NCBI GenBank assembly: GCA_032127745.1
Contig: JAQBHL010000235.1
Span: 1,575 to 65,574, forward strand
Source: Acidobacteriota bacterium
GTDB lineage: Bacteria; Acidobacteriota; Vicinamibacteria; Fen-336; JAGNNV01
Direction: 5' to 3'
DNA length: 64,000 nt
The stretch's first letter is position 1; each line of letters starts with the position of its first letter. Positions 27,492 through 36,404 of this stretch are shown one piece after another. The translations under genes and the position numbers were made by a program. The notes beneath the pieces were generated by a model. That model saw only the letters and a list, made by a program, of their open reading frames with translations, did not search any database and had not been told where the DNA came from.

Positions 27492-28979
27492 ATGAGAGCC
27501 AGGTTCACGTTCGCGGCGTTTCTCGGGGCGGCGCTTCTGTCGTCGCAGATCCTTTCCGGCGGGACGGAGGGAGGAGTAAGGGGACGGGTGGCCATCGACC
27601 TTCAGGGTCTGGAAGGCGTTCCGCTCACCCTGGTGAATTTGTCCACTGGACAGTCGTTCAACGTGCGCACAGCCAGGGACGGTTTCTATTCCGTTTCGCT
27701 TCCCAGCGGTTCCTACGTGGTTTCGAGCCCGGGCGTGCGGGGACTCTCCATTGGCAAGGCTCGGCTTCTGATTCAGGTCTCGGCGGGCCGGTTCGCATCA
27801 GCGGACGTCGAGATGGCGCGATCGTTCGTGCAGGGTCCGGCCTCGGAGGGGCTGTCGATTTTTCACAACCCGATTGGATGCGTGGCTCGGAGCGAGTTTC
27901 CGGTCTTCGATGCGACGTTCGAACCTGCGGGTTTGGTGGTGAGCGCCAAGCTTTTCTTCAAGTCCAATCTGAGCGATGAGTGGTTCTACGTCGATTTTCA
28001 GACCCTCTCCGGCGATTTTCCGAGGTACAAGTGGACGCTGGTGCCGGACGCTTCGAATCCGGGAGCGGCGATTGCCGGCGATGACATCCGCCGCCGGTGG
28101 AACCCTCAGGGATTGCTTGAATCGGTCGATCCCGGCGTTCCGCCCAGCCATCGGTCCTTCCTTCCGAAGATCAACAAGGACTCGGGGATCAACGAGGTGA
28201 CCTACTACATTCAGGTCACGCTTGTTGATTTCACGGAGACGCGGTCGACCGAGACGGTCATCAAGGTCCTGACCGGCGGGGAGGCCTGCAAGAACGGCTT
28301 GTTCGGGGCTCCAGCCGGGGCGGCGCCCCAGGCGGGAGTGTCCGTCCTGACCGCCGGTGGTGTAGCCGGGGCTCCGGCAGGCTTCGGCGGCCTCGGACTG
28401 GGACTGGGCACGGGACTCCTTGGCGCGGGAGCGGGCTTGCTGCCGTTGGTCGTCGCCGAGGCCGCTGCAGGTGGAGGTGGCGCGCCGGGCCCGAGCCCGG
28501 ACGCTTCTCCCTCAGCCACCGCCACTCCATCCCCGACCGCGACACCCGGCCCGACGCCGACGCCGACGCCAACGCCGACGCCGACTCCGCCCCCTCCGGC
28601 CCCGACACCGACGCCGACCCCCGATCCCGGTCTGTGCAGCCTTGAAGTCTCCGTTGACCCCCCAGGCGGGAAGACCCCCCTGTGCCAGGCCGCGGTCTCA
28701 ACCGGCGGGCCGGTGACCCTGGTGGCCGCTTCTCAGTCGTTCAGTGTGTCATGCGACAGTACAGTCCAAATCAACGCCGTCCTGGCCCTACCGGCCTCGT
28801 TCCCGTATCCCGGCCTGGCGGCGAGCTGGGCCGGCAGTGCGTGCACCGGCGAGGCGGTCGACACACCTTGCGTCATCCTCCCAGCACTTCCTGCCGTTTC
28901 GACGGTGATTCTTGGGTGTGGGTGCGAGCCCGATATGCGCGGTTTCGCCTCAACTTGCGAGTCGCTCTCGCCAAAGTAG
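27492..28979 (+). CDS. Secreted protein (cassette 1): CarboxypepD_reg-like domain, conserved middle domain, Gly-rich hydrophobic stretch, Pro/Thr linker, Cys-containing InlB-B-repeat-like C-terminal domain
   Basis: Signal peptide MRARFTFAAFLGAALLSSQILSG with GGAGG 7 nt upstream of the ATG. Further blocks are GVRGRV...PLTLVNLSTGQSF...DGFYSVSLPSGSYVV, the linker PTPTPTPTPTPTPPPPAPTPTPTP and the C-terminal W.GSAC.G....PC.I pattern. Confidence 0.7.
   Translation: MRARFTFAAFLGAALLSSQILSGGTEGGVRGRVAIDLQGLEGVPLTLVNLSTGQSFNVRTARDGFYSVSLPSGSYVVSSPGVRGLSIGKARLLIQVSAGRFASADVEMARSFVQGPASEGLSIFHNPIGCVARSEFPVFDATFEPAGLVVSAKLFFKSNLSDEWFYVDFQTLSGDFPRYKWTLVPDASNPGAAIAGDDIRRRWNPQGLLESVDPGVPPSHRSFLPKINKDSGINEVTYYIQVTLVDFTETRSTETVIKVLTGGEACKNGLFGAPAGAAPQAGVSVLTAGGVAGAPAGFGGLGLGLGTGLLGAGAGLLPLVVAEAAAGGGGAPGPSPDASPSATATPSPTATPGPTPTPTPTPTPTPPPPAPTPTPTPDPGLCSLEVSVDPPGGKTPLCQAAVSTGGPVTLVAASQSFSVSCDSTVQINAVLALPASFPYPGLAASWAGSACTGEAVDTPCVILPALPAVSTVILGCGCEPDMRGFASTCESLSPK
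28551..28589 (+). repeat. Imperfect (CCGACG)n hexanucleotide tandem tract encoding the (PT)n linker
   Basis: The sequence reads ccgacgccgacgccgacgccaacgccgacgccgactccg. Confidence 0.8.
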
Positions 28980-29034
28980 TGAGGAGAAACTCCACCTCGC
29001 GCACGAAGTTGAATCGCGCCCGGATAGCCAGCAG

Positions 29035-30411
29035 CTAGGCGGGCCGGGGAGGGCGCTCTCCCCCGTCTGATCCGTTGCCGGCGAGCGCCAGACAGACGAA
29101 GAGAAGGAAGGCCCAGGTCGCGTTCGCGGGAATGCGGAAGACGGAGTCGACGAGGGCATGGGTGAGCGCGGCGGCCAGGCCGGCGAGCGCCGGTCGCGCG
29201 TGGATGTCTCGGAAGGCGCGAGGCGCGGCGATCCAGGCGAGCCGGACCAGGTAGGCGGTCAATAGCACTCCGAGGAATCCGCCCTCGATCATCCATTGGA
29301 GGTACTCGTTGTGCGCGTGCGGCCAGTATTCGTAGCGCACCACCCGCTGATAGGGCCAGTAGGCGGGCGCGAACGCTCCGATCCCGCAGCCGAAGAATGG
29401 GAAGAACTCGACCAGTCGAAGAACGTCCCGCCAGACCAGCAGGCGACTGGCCTCGAAATCGACATCCGCCATCCGCATGAAGGCGGCGGGGACGCCGGTG
29501 GCGAATAGAGCGAGGGCGAGGAGTCCGACCGACGCGAGCGCCAGTTTCGGCCGCGGGCACAGGGCCGGGGCCAGCGCGACGGCAAGGCCCACCCCAAGCG
29601 CGATCAGCCCTCCGCGCGACCCGGAAGCGGAGTTGGCGACAATGATGAGGATCAAGGCCATCAGAAGCGCGAGGTTCCGGGCGAACTGAGCCGATCGGGT
29701 GAAGGCCGAAAGGCTCCTCAAAGTCCCGTCCCTCGCGGCCAGGCCGAGCAGTCCGGCGGCGACGGACCCGGCCATGGCCAGGAGATTGGAGTAGTGGTCG
29801 CGGTTGTAGTATGGCCCGAAGATCCCGGCCTCGTGATCTCCAATGCCGGGGACACGATAGACGCCGTACAGCCAGTATGGATGAGAGGACCTGGATTGAA
29901 TCAAGCCCTCCAGAGCCAGCAGGCCGCCCACGCACGCCATACCCAGGAAGAGAACCTTCGTCCTTTGGGCCCGAGTCGAGAGAGACCCGCCGAACCCGGC
30001 GACGGCGAGTCCGTGGAGGCCGGCGATGAAGAGCCAGGCCTGTAGAGTCCCGGTCGAACTCACGGTCAGGGGCGCCCAGGCCGGGATCGCGGGCGGAGGC
30101 ACGAAGTGAGCCGCGAACGATCCCGGGGAAACGCTTCGCAGCACCGAGGATGGCAGTGGGATGAGTTGCAGGGCGAACAGGATGTGCAGGGCGACCATGG
30201 ATCTCGGCATCGGGTTAAGGCGGCCCGCGAACGGGACCGAGGCTGACCGCCGCCTGGCCGCCCAGGCGCAGGCGCCGAGAAGGATCCAGAGCCAGGCCAG
30301 CGACTGCCAGACTCCAAGTCCGACCGCTCCAAACATGAACGGTGCGAGCAGGGCGGTGGCCAGGGCCAGGGAGGCGCAGGCGCCGGAGGCACGATTTGGG
30401 TCGAAGGTCAC
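29035..30411 (-). CDS. Wzy_C / O-antigen-ligase-like polytopic membrane protein (cassette 1)
   Basis: At least 10 predicted TM segments and the Wzy_C signature WPHAHNEYLQWMIEGGFLG. Confidence 0.75.
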   Translation of the reverse strand: MTFDPNRASGACASLALATALLAPFMFGAVGLGVWQSLAWLWILLGACAWAARRRSASVPFAGRLNPMPRSMVALHILFALQLIPLPSSVLRSVSPGSFAAHFVPPPAIPAWAPLTVSSTGTLQAWLFIAGLHGLAVAGFGGSLSTRAQRTKVLFLGMACVGGLLALEGLIQSRSSHPYWLYGVYRVPGIGDHEAGIFGPYYNRDHYSNLLAMAGSVAAGLLGLAARDGTLRSLSAFTRSAQFARNLALLMALILIIVANSASGSRGGLIALGVGLAVALAPALCPRPKLALASVGLLALALFATGVPAAFMRMADVDFEASRLLVWRDVLRLVEFFPFFGCGIGAFAPAYWPYQRVVRYEYWPHAHNEYLQWMIEGGFLGVLLTAYLVRLAWIAAPRAFRDIHARPALAGLAAALTHALVDSVFRIPANATWAFLLFVCLALAGNGSDGGERPPRPA

Positions 30412-31112
30412 CGAAGGTTCGGCCTCACGGCCGCGGGTGGCGCCGGGGGGAGGACGGATATCTTCAGAAGAGTGCCGTCTTTCCCATACTCCATTCGGAG
30501 ATTCGCGTCGCCGTCCTCGTCGGTATCGAAATCCTCGAAGACCATATACCCGTTCCGGAATTCCTGGACTCGGTCGGTGCGGCCGTTGCCATCGCTGTCG
30601 ATCCGGTTCTCCACCAGGCGGTCGGCTTCGTAGACCCGGGTGAGCTCGAATTTCCCGTCCAGGTCCGAATCCACTTCCACCCGCGAAAGCAGGCCAGCGC
30701 GATCATAGGTCGCGACCTGGTCCGGCCGGTCTCCCGAACGGGCGGTGGCCGCCCGGAGCCTTCGACCCTCGGGCCCGAAGGTCTCCCACCTGTCCACCAC
30801 TCCATCGAAATCCGTGTCGGTCTCCTCCAGCCGTGCGCCACCCAGCCCCTGATAGGTCACGATCCGGTCGGAAATGCCATCCTGATTCCGATCCAGCACC
30901 CTGCGAACGACCGCGTGCGTGGTCAGGTCATAGGCGGTGAGTTCGAAGGGGAGTTGGATCACCCGAGCTTCCCGTCCGTTGGGCTCTATCTCAACCCGCC
31001 ACAGGGGGAGGTCAGCGAGCGAGGACCGGCGGCTGCACGACGCCAGAATCGCCGCCAGGGCCAGAACGAACGGAGCGCGCTGGGACCGGGGAGGTGATGA
31101 CATCGGGTTCAT
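30408..31112 (-). CDS. Lipoprotein with five DxDxDG-type calcium-binding-like loops (cassette 1)
   Basis: Lipobox LAAILASC. The five loops are DRNQDGISD, DTDFDGVVD, DSDLDGKFE, DSDGNGRTD and DTDEDGDAN. A 4-nt overlap links it to the ligase-like gene, and the start was chosen at MNPMSS. Confidence 0.65.
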   Translation of the reverse strand: MNPMSSPPRSQRAPFVLALAAILASCSRRSSLADLPLWRVEIEPNGREARVIQLPFELTAYDLTTHAVVRRVLDRNQDGISDRIVTYQGLGGARLEETDTDFDGVVDRWETFGPEGRRLRAATARSGDRPDQVATYDRAGLLSRVEVDSDLDGKFELTRVYEADRLVENRIDSDGNGRTDRVQEFRNGYMVFEDFDTDEDGDANLRMEYGKDGTLLKISVLPPAPPAAVRPNLR

Positions 31113-31205
31113 CTTATTCGGGCTCCGGCCTCCCCCCCCGGCTTCAAGCACAGCGTCATGAGGCGCTAGACTTCAGGAGATCGATCAAGAACTGGAGACC
31201 TAACC

Positions 31206-31508
31206 ATGACTCAGCAGGAAAACTCATCAAGCGCCGGCGTCCTTCTCTCTTTCGTTGTCGGCGGACTGGCGGGCGCGGCTCTCGCCATTCTCTTCGCGCC
31301 CCGGCCCGGGCGCGAGACCCGCGAACTGATTAGCGATCGCATGAAGGAAGGGCTGGTCAAGGGGCGAGAACTCAAGGATGAAGTGGTGGGCCGTTCCCAG
31401 CAGATTCGGGACCACGCGGTGGACTTCGTCGAGGAGCGGAAGGGGCGCCTGGGAAGCGCCATCGAGGCCGGACAGCAGGCCTATCGCGAAGGTCGCGATC
31501 GCGGGTAA
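31206..31508 (+). CDS. YtxH-domain protein
   Basis: GVLLSFVVGGLAGAALAILFAPRPGRETRE matches the YtxH signature. Confidence 0.7.
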   Translation: MTQQENSSSAGVLLSFVVGGLAGAALAILFAPRPGRETRELISDRMKEGLVKGRELKDEVVGRSQQIRDHAVDFVEERKGRLGSAIEAGQQAYREGRDRG

Positions 31509-31558
31509 CCGGGACAGGCAGCTCCTTTCACCAGACACCAGCACGCGGGATCAGGCAT

Positions 31559-32008
31559 ATGAATGAATGGGCCGTCTTCTTCCTGGGGGTCATGGCCCTC
31601 GCCCTGGTGGTGCAGTGCGTCTTCGTGGTGGTGGCGGCGCTCAGCTTGCGGCGCAGCGGCGAAAGGGTCACCGACCTCTGTCAGCGGTTCGAGGCGGACA
31701 TCAAGCCGACCCTCGAGGATCTACGAAGCGGGGCCGCAAACCTCCGGGCCATCTCGGATTCCGGGAGAGAGCAGGCCCAACGCATCGAGGCCCTTCTTTC
31801 CACCACCCTCGGCAGCATCGAGACCACGGTGGAAGCCGCGCGCCTGCTGGTGATGAAGCCTTTGGCCTCGCTATCGGATCTGTCCGCGTTCTGGGGCGGA
31901 CTTTGGCAGGGAATCCAGACCTATCGGAGCGAGGCGCCCGAGAGACGGACGCCGCCCGGCCCGGGCCGCCGTTCGGAGGACTCCGACGAGCATATGTTCA
32001 TCGGCTGA
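31559..32008 (+). CDS. DUF948-like membrane-anchored helical protein
   Basis: One N-terminal TM segment plus a helical region. The pairing with a YtxH gene is common. Confidence 0.45.
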   Translation: MNEWAVFFLGVMALALVVQCVFVVVAALSLRRSGERVTDLCQRFEADIKPTLEDLRSGAANLRAISDSGREQAQRIEALLSTTLGSIETTVEAARLLVMKPLASLSDLSAFWGGLWQGIQTYRSEAPERRTPPGPGRRSEDSDEHMFIG

Positions 32009-32132
32009 GATACCCGGAAATGCGCGTCACTTGGGGGTTAAGAATTCATCGTTGCAACAACCGGGGCAACGACCGGGGGCGCGACACGGGCGTCGAGAAT
32101 TTGTCCCGCTCCTCTCAAGCTGATGCAAGCTG

Positions 32133-33053
32133 ATGGATGACGCGACATCGGGGCGCGGGTCCAGAGGCCGGGGTGCTGACCTGCTGACCGAGGCCGCCCG
32201 TTGCATCGAGACCGACGTGCCGGCAGCCCTCGTCACCGTGGTCGGAGCCCAGGGGTCGACGCCGCAGCGTCCCGGGGCGAGGATGCTCGTCTTCGCCGAC
32301 GGATCGGTGACGGGCACGATCGGCGGCGGTTGCGTGGAGGCCGAGATGGCCAGGCGGGCCAGATTATCGATCGACAGCGGCCGGCCGATTCTCACCACCT
32401 ACGACCTGACTCCTGAACAGGCCGGGGATGAGGGGCTGGTCTGTGGGGGACGGATGGAGGTCTTCATCGAACCCCTCGAGGCTACGCCCGAGTTCGCCAT
32501 TCTGGGCGCCGGTCATGTGGCGCGCCCGCTGTGCGCCCTCGCCACCACGGCCGGCTTTCGGGTTTCGGTTCTGGACGACCGCGAGAAGTACGCCACTGCC
32601 GGCCGCTTTCCAGAAGCGCACCGGGTGCTGGTGTCGGGCTTCGACCACGCGGCGGAGGCGCTGGGTCTCACTCCCCGGTCCTACGCCATCGTGGTGACGC
32701 GGGGCCACCGCGGGGATGCGATCGCCCTCGCCTCCTGTCTCCCCCTGAGGCCGCGGTTCCTGGGACTCCTGGGCTCGAAGGCGAAGATGGTTCACGTGTT
32801 CGCGGATCTACTGGAGCGCGGCTTCTCCTCCGAGGACCTCGCGCGGATCGAGACCCCGGTAGGAATCGAGATCGGAGCGGAGACGCCCGAGGAAATCGCG
32901 GTGAGCATCGTCGCGCGGATGATCGCGGTCCGGAGGGGCGTGTCCGCGGGCCGAATCCGGTCGATGGCGGCCCAGGTCCCGGGCCGTCTGGCCCAGGTGG
33001 CGGCGACCCGCGACGCCGAAGTTGACGTGAAAGCGAGTGAGCATCGAGAATAA
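32133..33053 (+). CDS. XdhC/CoxI-family accessory protein
   Basis: XdhC_CoxI N-terminal block (ALVTVVGAQGSTPQRPGARMLV...GTIGGGC) and Rossmann-like domain FAILGAGHVARPL. Confidence 0.75.
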   Translation: MDDATSGRGSRGRGADLLTEAARCIETDVPAALVTVVGAQGSTPQRPGARMLVFADGSVTGTIGGGCVEAEMARRARLSIDSGRPILTTYDLTPEQAGDEGLVCGGRMEVFIEPLEATPEFAILGAGHVARPLCALATTAGFRVSVLDDREKYATAGRFPEAHRVLVSGFDHAAEALGLTPRSYAIVVTRGHRGDAIALASCLPLRPRFLGLLGSKAKMVHVFADLLERGFSSEDLARIETPVGIEIGAETPEEIAVSIVARMIAVRRGVSAGRIRSMAAQVPGRLAQVAATRDAEVDVKASEHRE

Positions 33054-33063
33054 CCCTGCAATC

Positions 33064-33957
33064 ATGAAGTGGACCCTGTTCCGGCTGGCCCTGGTCTGCT
33101 CGACGCTCGCCTCGGTTTCCCTCGCCCAGACCAGCGACCCTTCGGCGTTGAGGCCCGCCGACCTGATCGATGTCGTGGTTCTGGGGCAACCCTCGCTCTC
33201 CGCCGACTTCGTGGTCGATAAGGACGGGGGAATCAACTACCCTCTCATCGGGCGGGTCGAGGCCGCCGGTCTTTCGCCTTCGGACCTCGCCAGGAAGCTC
33301 CAGGCCCTCCTCGGGGCGGGCTTCATCCGGCGGCCGGAGGTCAATGTCCGGGTCAAGGAGTATCGGTCCCGACCGGTCATGGTTCTCGGAGAGGTGGCCA
33401 AGCCCGGAATCTATTCCCTTACGGGCGACAGATCCCTCATCACGATTCTGGCCGAGGCCGGCGGGCTGGCCTCTAATGCCGGCCACGAGGTGATGGTGGC
33501 GCGGCCTCCGGCCGGTAGCGAGGCCCTCGCCATCGAGCAATTCTCATCCGTGCCTATCGTTCCAGGCCTCTCCGACGTGGCTCGCCTGCCCAACGAGGAC
33601 GAGCTTCCGCCCGGGGCGCTCAAGGGCTCCGACATCTTCAAGGCCAGCTTTCGCGAGCTGCTGAAGGGCAATGCGGAGCAGAACGTCATCCTCGAGGGCG
33701 GAGATTCGATTTATGTGCCCCAGGCCGCCCAGATCTTCGTGACCGGCCAGGCCACCCGCCCGGGCTCGTTCAAGTTCATCGATGGAATGACGGTTCAGGA
33801 CGCGCTTCAACTCGCCGGCGGTACCTCCGACCGCGGGTCGATCAAGCGCCTCAAGATCGTCCGCTTCGAGGATGGGAAGCGCCGCGAGGTCAAGGTGCAG
33901 CCGACCGATCTGCTCCAGCCCGGCGACACGCTTAATGTGGGTGAGAGGTTCTTTTGA
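33064..33957 (+). CDS. wza: Polysaccharide export protein (Poly_export + SLBB)
   Basis: Signal peptide MKWTLFRLALVCSTLASVSLA and DFVVDKDGGINYPLIGRVEAAGLSPSDLARKL, followed by two SLBB-like segments. Confidence 0.8.
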   Translation: MKWTLFRLALVCSTLASVSLAQTSDPSALRPADLIDVVVLGQPSLSADFVVDKDGGINYPLIGRVEAAGLSPSDLARKLQALLGAGFIRRPEVNVRVKEYRSRPVMVLGEVAKPGIYSLTGDRSLITILAEAGGLASNAGHEVMVARPPAGSEALAIEQFSSVPIVPGLSDVARLPNEDELPPGALKGSDIFKASFRELLKGNAEQNVILEGGDSIYVPQAAQIFVTGQATRPGSFKFIDGMTVQDALQLAGGTSDRGSIKRLKIVRFEDGKRREVKVQPTDLLQPGDTLNVGERFF

Positions 33958-34033
33958 GTAGCCCGACGCTGCGACCGGCCGGCCGTCGCGGAGACAAGTC
34001 CGCGGGTGGTGATCTGATGCCTCGGGAGTCGTC

Positions 34034-36298
34034 GTGAGCTCCGCGGGAGGGGTTCTCCGGGCCGTCCCTCCTCCGGATGACCGGCGGTATCGCGGGGTGG
34101 AGCCTGCACCTTCGCCGGAGTCGACCTCCGAATGGGTTCGCTTCAGCCACTCCCTCTGGCACAGCCGCTGGCTGATCGCGGCGTGCGTCGTGGTGTCGCT
34201 CGTCCTCGCCACCGCATACAACTACACCGCGCGGCCTCGCTACGAAGCGGTGGCGCAGATCGAGATCCGCAAGACCCGCCCGGATCTTTCCCCGGGCAAA
34301 GACGTCGTCGAGGCGGTCACACCCGAGTGGATCGCGACTCAGTATCGCCTTCTGGTGGGAAAGTCGCTCCTGACCAAAGTGGTGGAGCGCTATGAATTCG
34401 GCGCCTCCCCGGAGCTCCGCACCGGGCCCATGCGATCGCCGGTCGAACTCGTCCGCAACCGGCTCTTCGGGCCATCCTCCGCGGACTTTGGGCCGGGCAT
34501 CCCGGTGGCGCCTGCGGTGGCCGCTTTCCGATCGCGGGTCAGCGTCCGCCCCATCGCCAGCACCAGCCTGGTCGAGCTGGTCTTCCGCGCCTATGACCCG
34601 AGGTTCGCGGCGATGGCCGCCAATGGCCTCGCCCAGACCTACATCGATGAATCTCGATCCGACCGGGCGGACCAGTCCACCGAGGCCACCCAGTGGCTGG
34701 AAGCACGGCTTCAGGCAGAGCAGCAGCAGGCCCGGTCGTCGTTCGAGGCCCTGCGCAGTTACGAGGATCGAAGCGGAAGCTCGAATCTCGAAGCCCGGCA
34801 GCGTTTGGTGGAGGCGAGGCTCCAGCAGGCGAGTTCGCAACTCCTGGAGGCGCGCAGCGACAAGGCCTCGAAGAAAGCTTACCTGGATCAGCTTCGTCGA
34901 ATGAGCAACGCCGAACTTCTGACCCTCCCGGAGCTCGCATCGAGCGCTTCGTTCCAGTCCAGCAAGACGGATCTCGTGGAAACGGAACTCCGCAAAGCCG
35001 AATTGGATCAAAGCCTGGGCCCCAGGCATCCGGATGTGGTGGCGCTCGACATCCGGATCCAGTCTCTGCGGGCCGCTCTGCTGTCCGAGGCTCGCGGGGT
35101 TGTTCGCGGCGTTGAGGGGTCCTATGAGGCCGCATCGAGACAGGAAAACGTCCTGTCCGAGTCCGCGCGCGCGGCCCAGACGGAGATGGCCTCCCTCCGC
35201 GACAAGTCGCCGGAGTACCAGACGCTGAAGCGCGACGCCGACACCTCGAACGAGATCGCCCAGGCCCTGGCCAAAAGGGGCAAGGAAGCCAGCGTCGAGA
35301 GCGCGATCAACGACCGCACGGTACGGCTGATCGAGCCGGCGGACGTTCCGACCAAACCGGTTTTTCCGAACCGCACCGGAAATCTTCAGATCGCACTCCT
35401 GGCCGGGCTCGCCACCGGCGTTCTACTGGTGGCGGCGAAGGAGAAGCTCGACACCACGCTCAAGACCCCCGACGACGTAAGGGACTCGCTGAACGTTCCG
35501 TTCCTTGGATTCGTTCCCGACCTCAAGACCGTGTCCGACGTGGTTCAAAGGCACAGCCTGAGCGCCATCCGTCACCCAACCTCCCCGTTGTCCGAATCGT
35601 ATCGAGTCATCCGGACCAACGTCATGGCCGTGGCCGCCACCACCAAGGCCCGGGTTTTGCTGGTGACGAGCATCCATCCCGGCGAAGGCAAATCCACCAC
35701 CGCCCTCAACCTCGCCGCCGCCATTGCCCAGACCGGCGCCAGCGCGATTCTGGTGGACTCGGACATGCGTCGTCCCACCGTTCACTCCAACCTCAGCCTG
35801 CCGCGCGGACCGGGCCTGAAGGATCTGTTGTCGCGCGGGGGGTCGTATCGAGAGGTGGTGCGCCAGGGCCCGATCCCGGGACTTTCCGCTCTCACCTCGG
35901 GCGGGATTCCGGACAACCCGGCCGAGCTGATGGGTTGTGAGGAAATGCGGACGCTCCTGAGCGACCTCGCCAAAGCCTACGACTGGGTCGTCGTCGATGC
36001 GCCGCCGGTCGGCGGCATGGCCGACTCCCTGGTCATGGGTGGGGTCGTGGACGGGATCATATTGGTGGTTGAAGGAGACCGGACTACGAAGACCGTGGGC
36101 GCGGACGGCGTGGCCCAGCTGATTTCGGTCGGGGGGCGGGTTCTCGGTGCGATTCTGAATCGCGTGGACGTCAAACGGAATGCGTATTACCTCTCGCGAT
36201 ACGCCACCGGCTATTACGGGGGCTATGGCTACTATGGGGCTGTCTACTCGAATTATTCGTCCAAGCCGAGGCCGGGAGAGCCAAAGCAGGGAAAATAG
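34034..36298 (+). CDS. wzc: Polysaccharide co-polymerase / BY-tyrosine kinase (Wzc/GumC-like)
   Basis: Wzz-type N-terminal domain with a long coiled coil, P-loop HPGEGKSTTALNLA, VDSDMRRP and the C-terminal Tyr cluster YYLSRYATGYYGGYGYYGAVYSNY. Confidence 0.85.
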   Translation: MSSAGGVLRAVPPPDDRRYRGVEPAPSPESTSEWVRFSHSLWHSRWLIAACVVVSLVLATAYNYTARPRYEAVAQIEIRKTRPDLSPGKDVVEAVTPEWIATQYRLLVGKSLLTKVVERYEFGASPELRTGPMRSPVELVRNRLFGPSSADFGPGIPVAPAVAAFRSRVSVRPIASTSLVELVFRAYDPRFAAMAANGLAQTYIDESRSDRADQSTEATQWLEARLQAEQQQARSSFEALRSYEDRSGSSNLEARQRLVEARLQQASSQLLEARSDKASKKAYLDQLRRMSNAELLTLPELASSASFQSSKTDLVETELRKAELDQSLGPRHPDVVALDIRIQSLRAALLSEARGVVRGVEGSYEAASRQENVLSESARAAQTEMASLRDKSPEYQTLKRDADTSNEIAQALAKRGKEASVESAINDRTVRLIEPADVPTKPVFPNRTGNLQIALLAGLATGVLLVAAKEKLDTTLKTPDDVRDSLNVPFLGFVPDLKTVSDVVQRHSLSAIRHPTSPLSESYRVIRTNVMAVAATTKARVLLVTSIHPGEGKSTTALNLAAAIAQTGASAILVDSDMRRPTVHSNLSLPRGPGLKDLLSRGGSYREVVRQGPIPGLSALTSGGIPDNPAELMGCEEMRTLLSDLAKAYDWVVVDAPPVGGMADSLVMGGVVDGIILVVEGDRTTKTVGADGVAQLISVGGRVLGAILNRVDVKRNAYYLSRYATGYYGGYGYYGAVYSNYSSKPRPGEPKQGK

Positions 36299-36404
36299 GC
36301 TGCCCCCTTGCCTTGACTCCCGCGACTCGTGTAGCCTTCGAACCATCCTGTAGGTCGTCGTAGCATCAAGCGGAACGAATTCGGGCTTTTGGAGGAATGA
36401 GACT

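Noticed and set aside
28530-28625. The repetitive Pro/Thr-coding tract considered as a CRISPR-like or other non-coding array.
   Set aside because: The unit is 6 nt, in frame, inside a well-supported CDS and without spacers. It is a coding microsatellite, not a CRISPR array.
26976-28979. The barstar-like gene plus the downstream secreted protein considered as a polymorphic toxin-immunity pair.
   Set aside because: Immunity genes normally follow the toxin. The paralogous cassette 2 has no barstar-like gene. The C-terminal domain of the secreted protein looks like a Cys-containing B-repeat/Ig-type module rather than an RNase. The idea is kept only as a low-interest note.
32133-33053. The XdhC-family gene considered as a functional part of the polysaccharide locus.
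   Set aside because: Only proximity to wza supports it. XdhC-like maturation factors are often scattered, and no mechanistic link can be read from the sequence.
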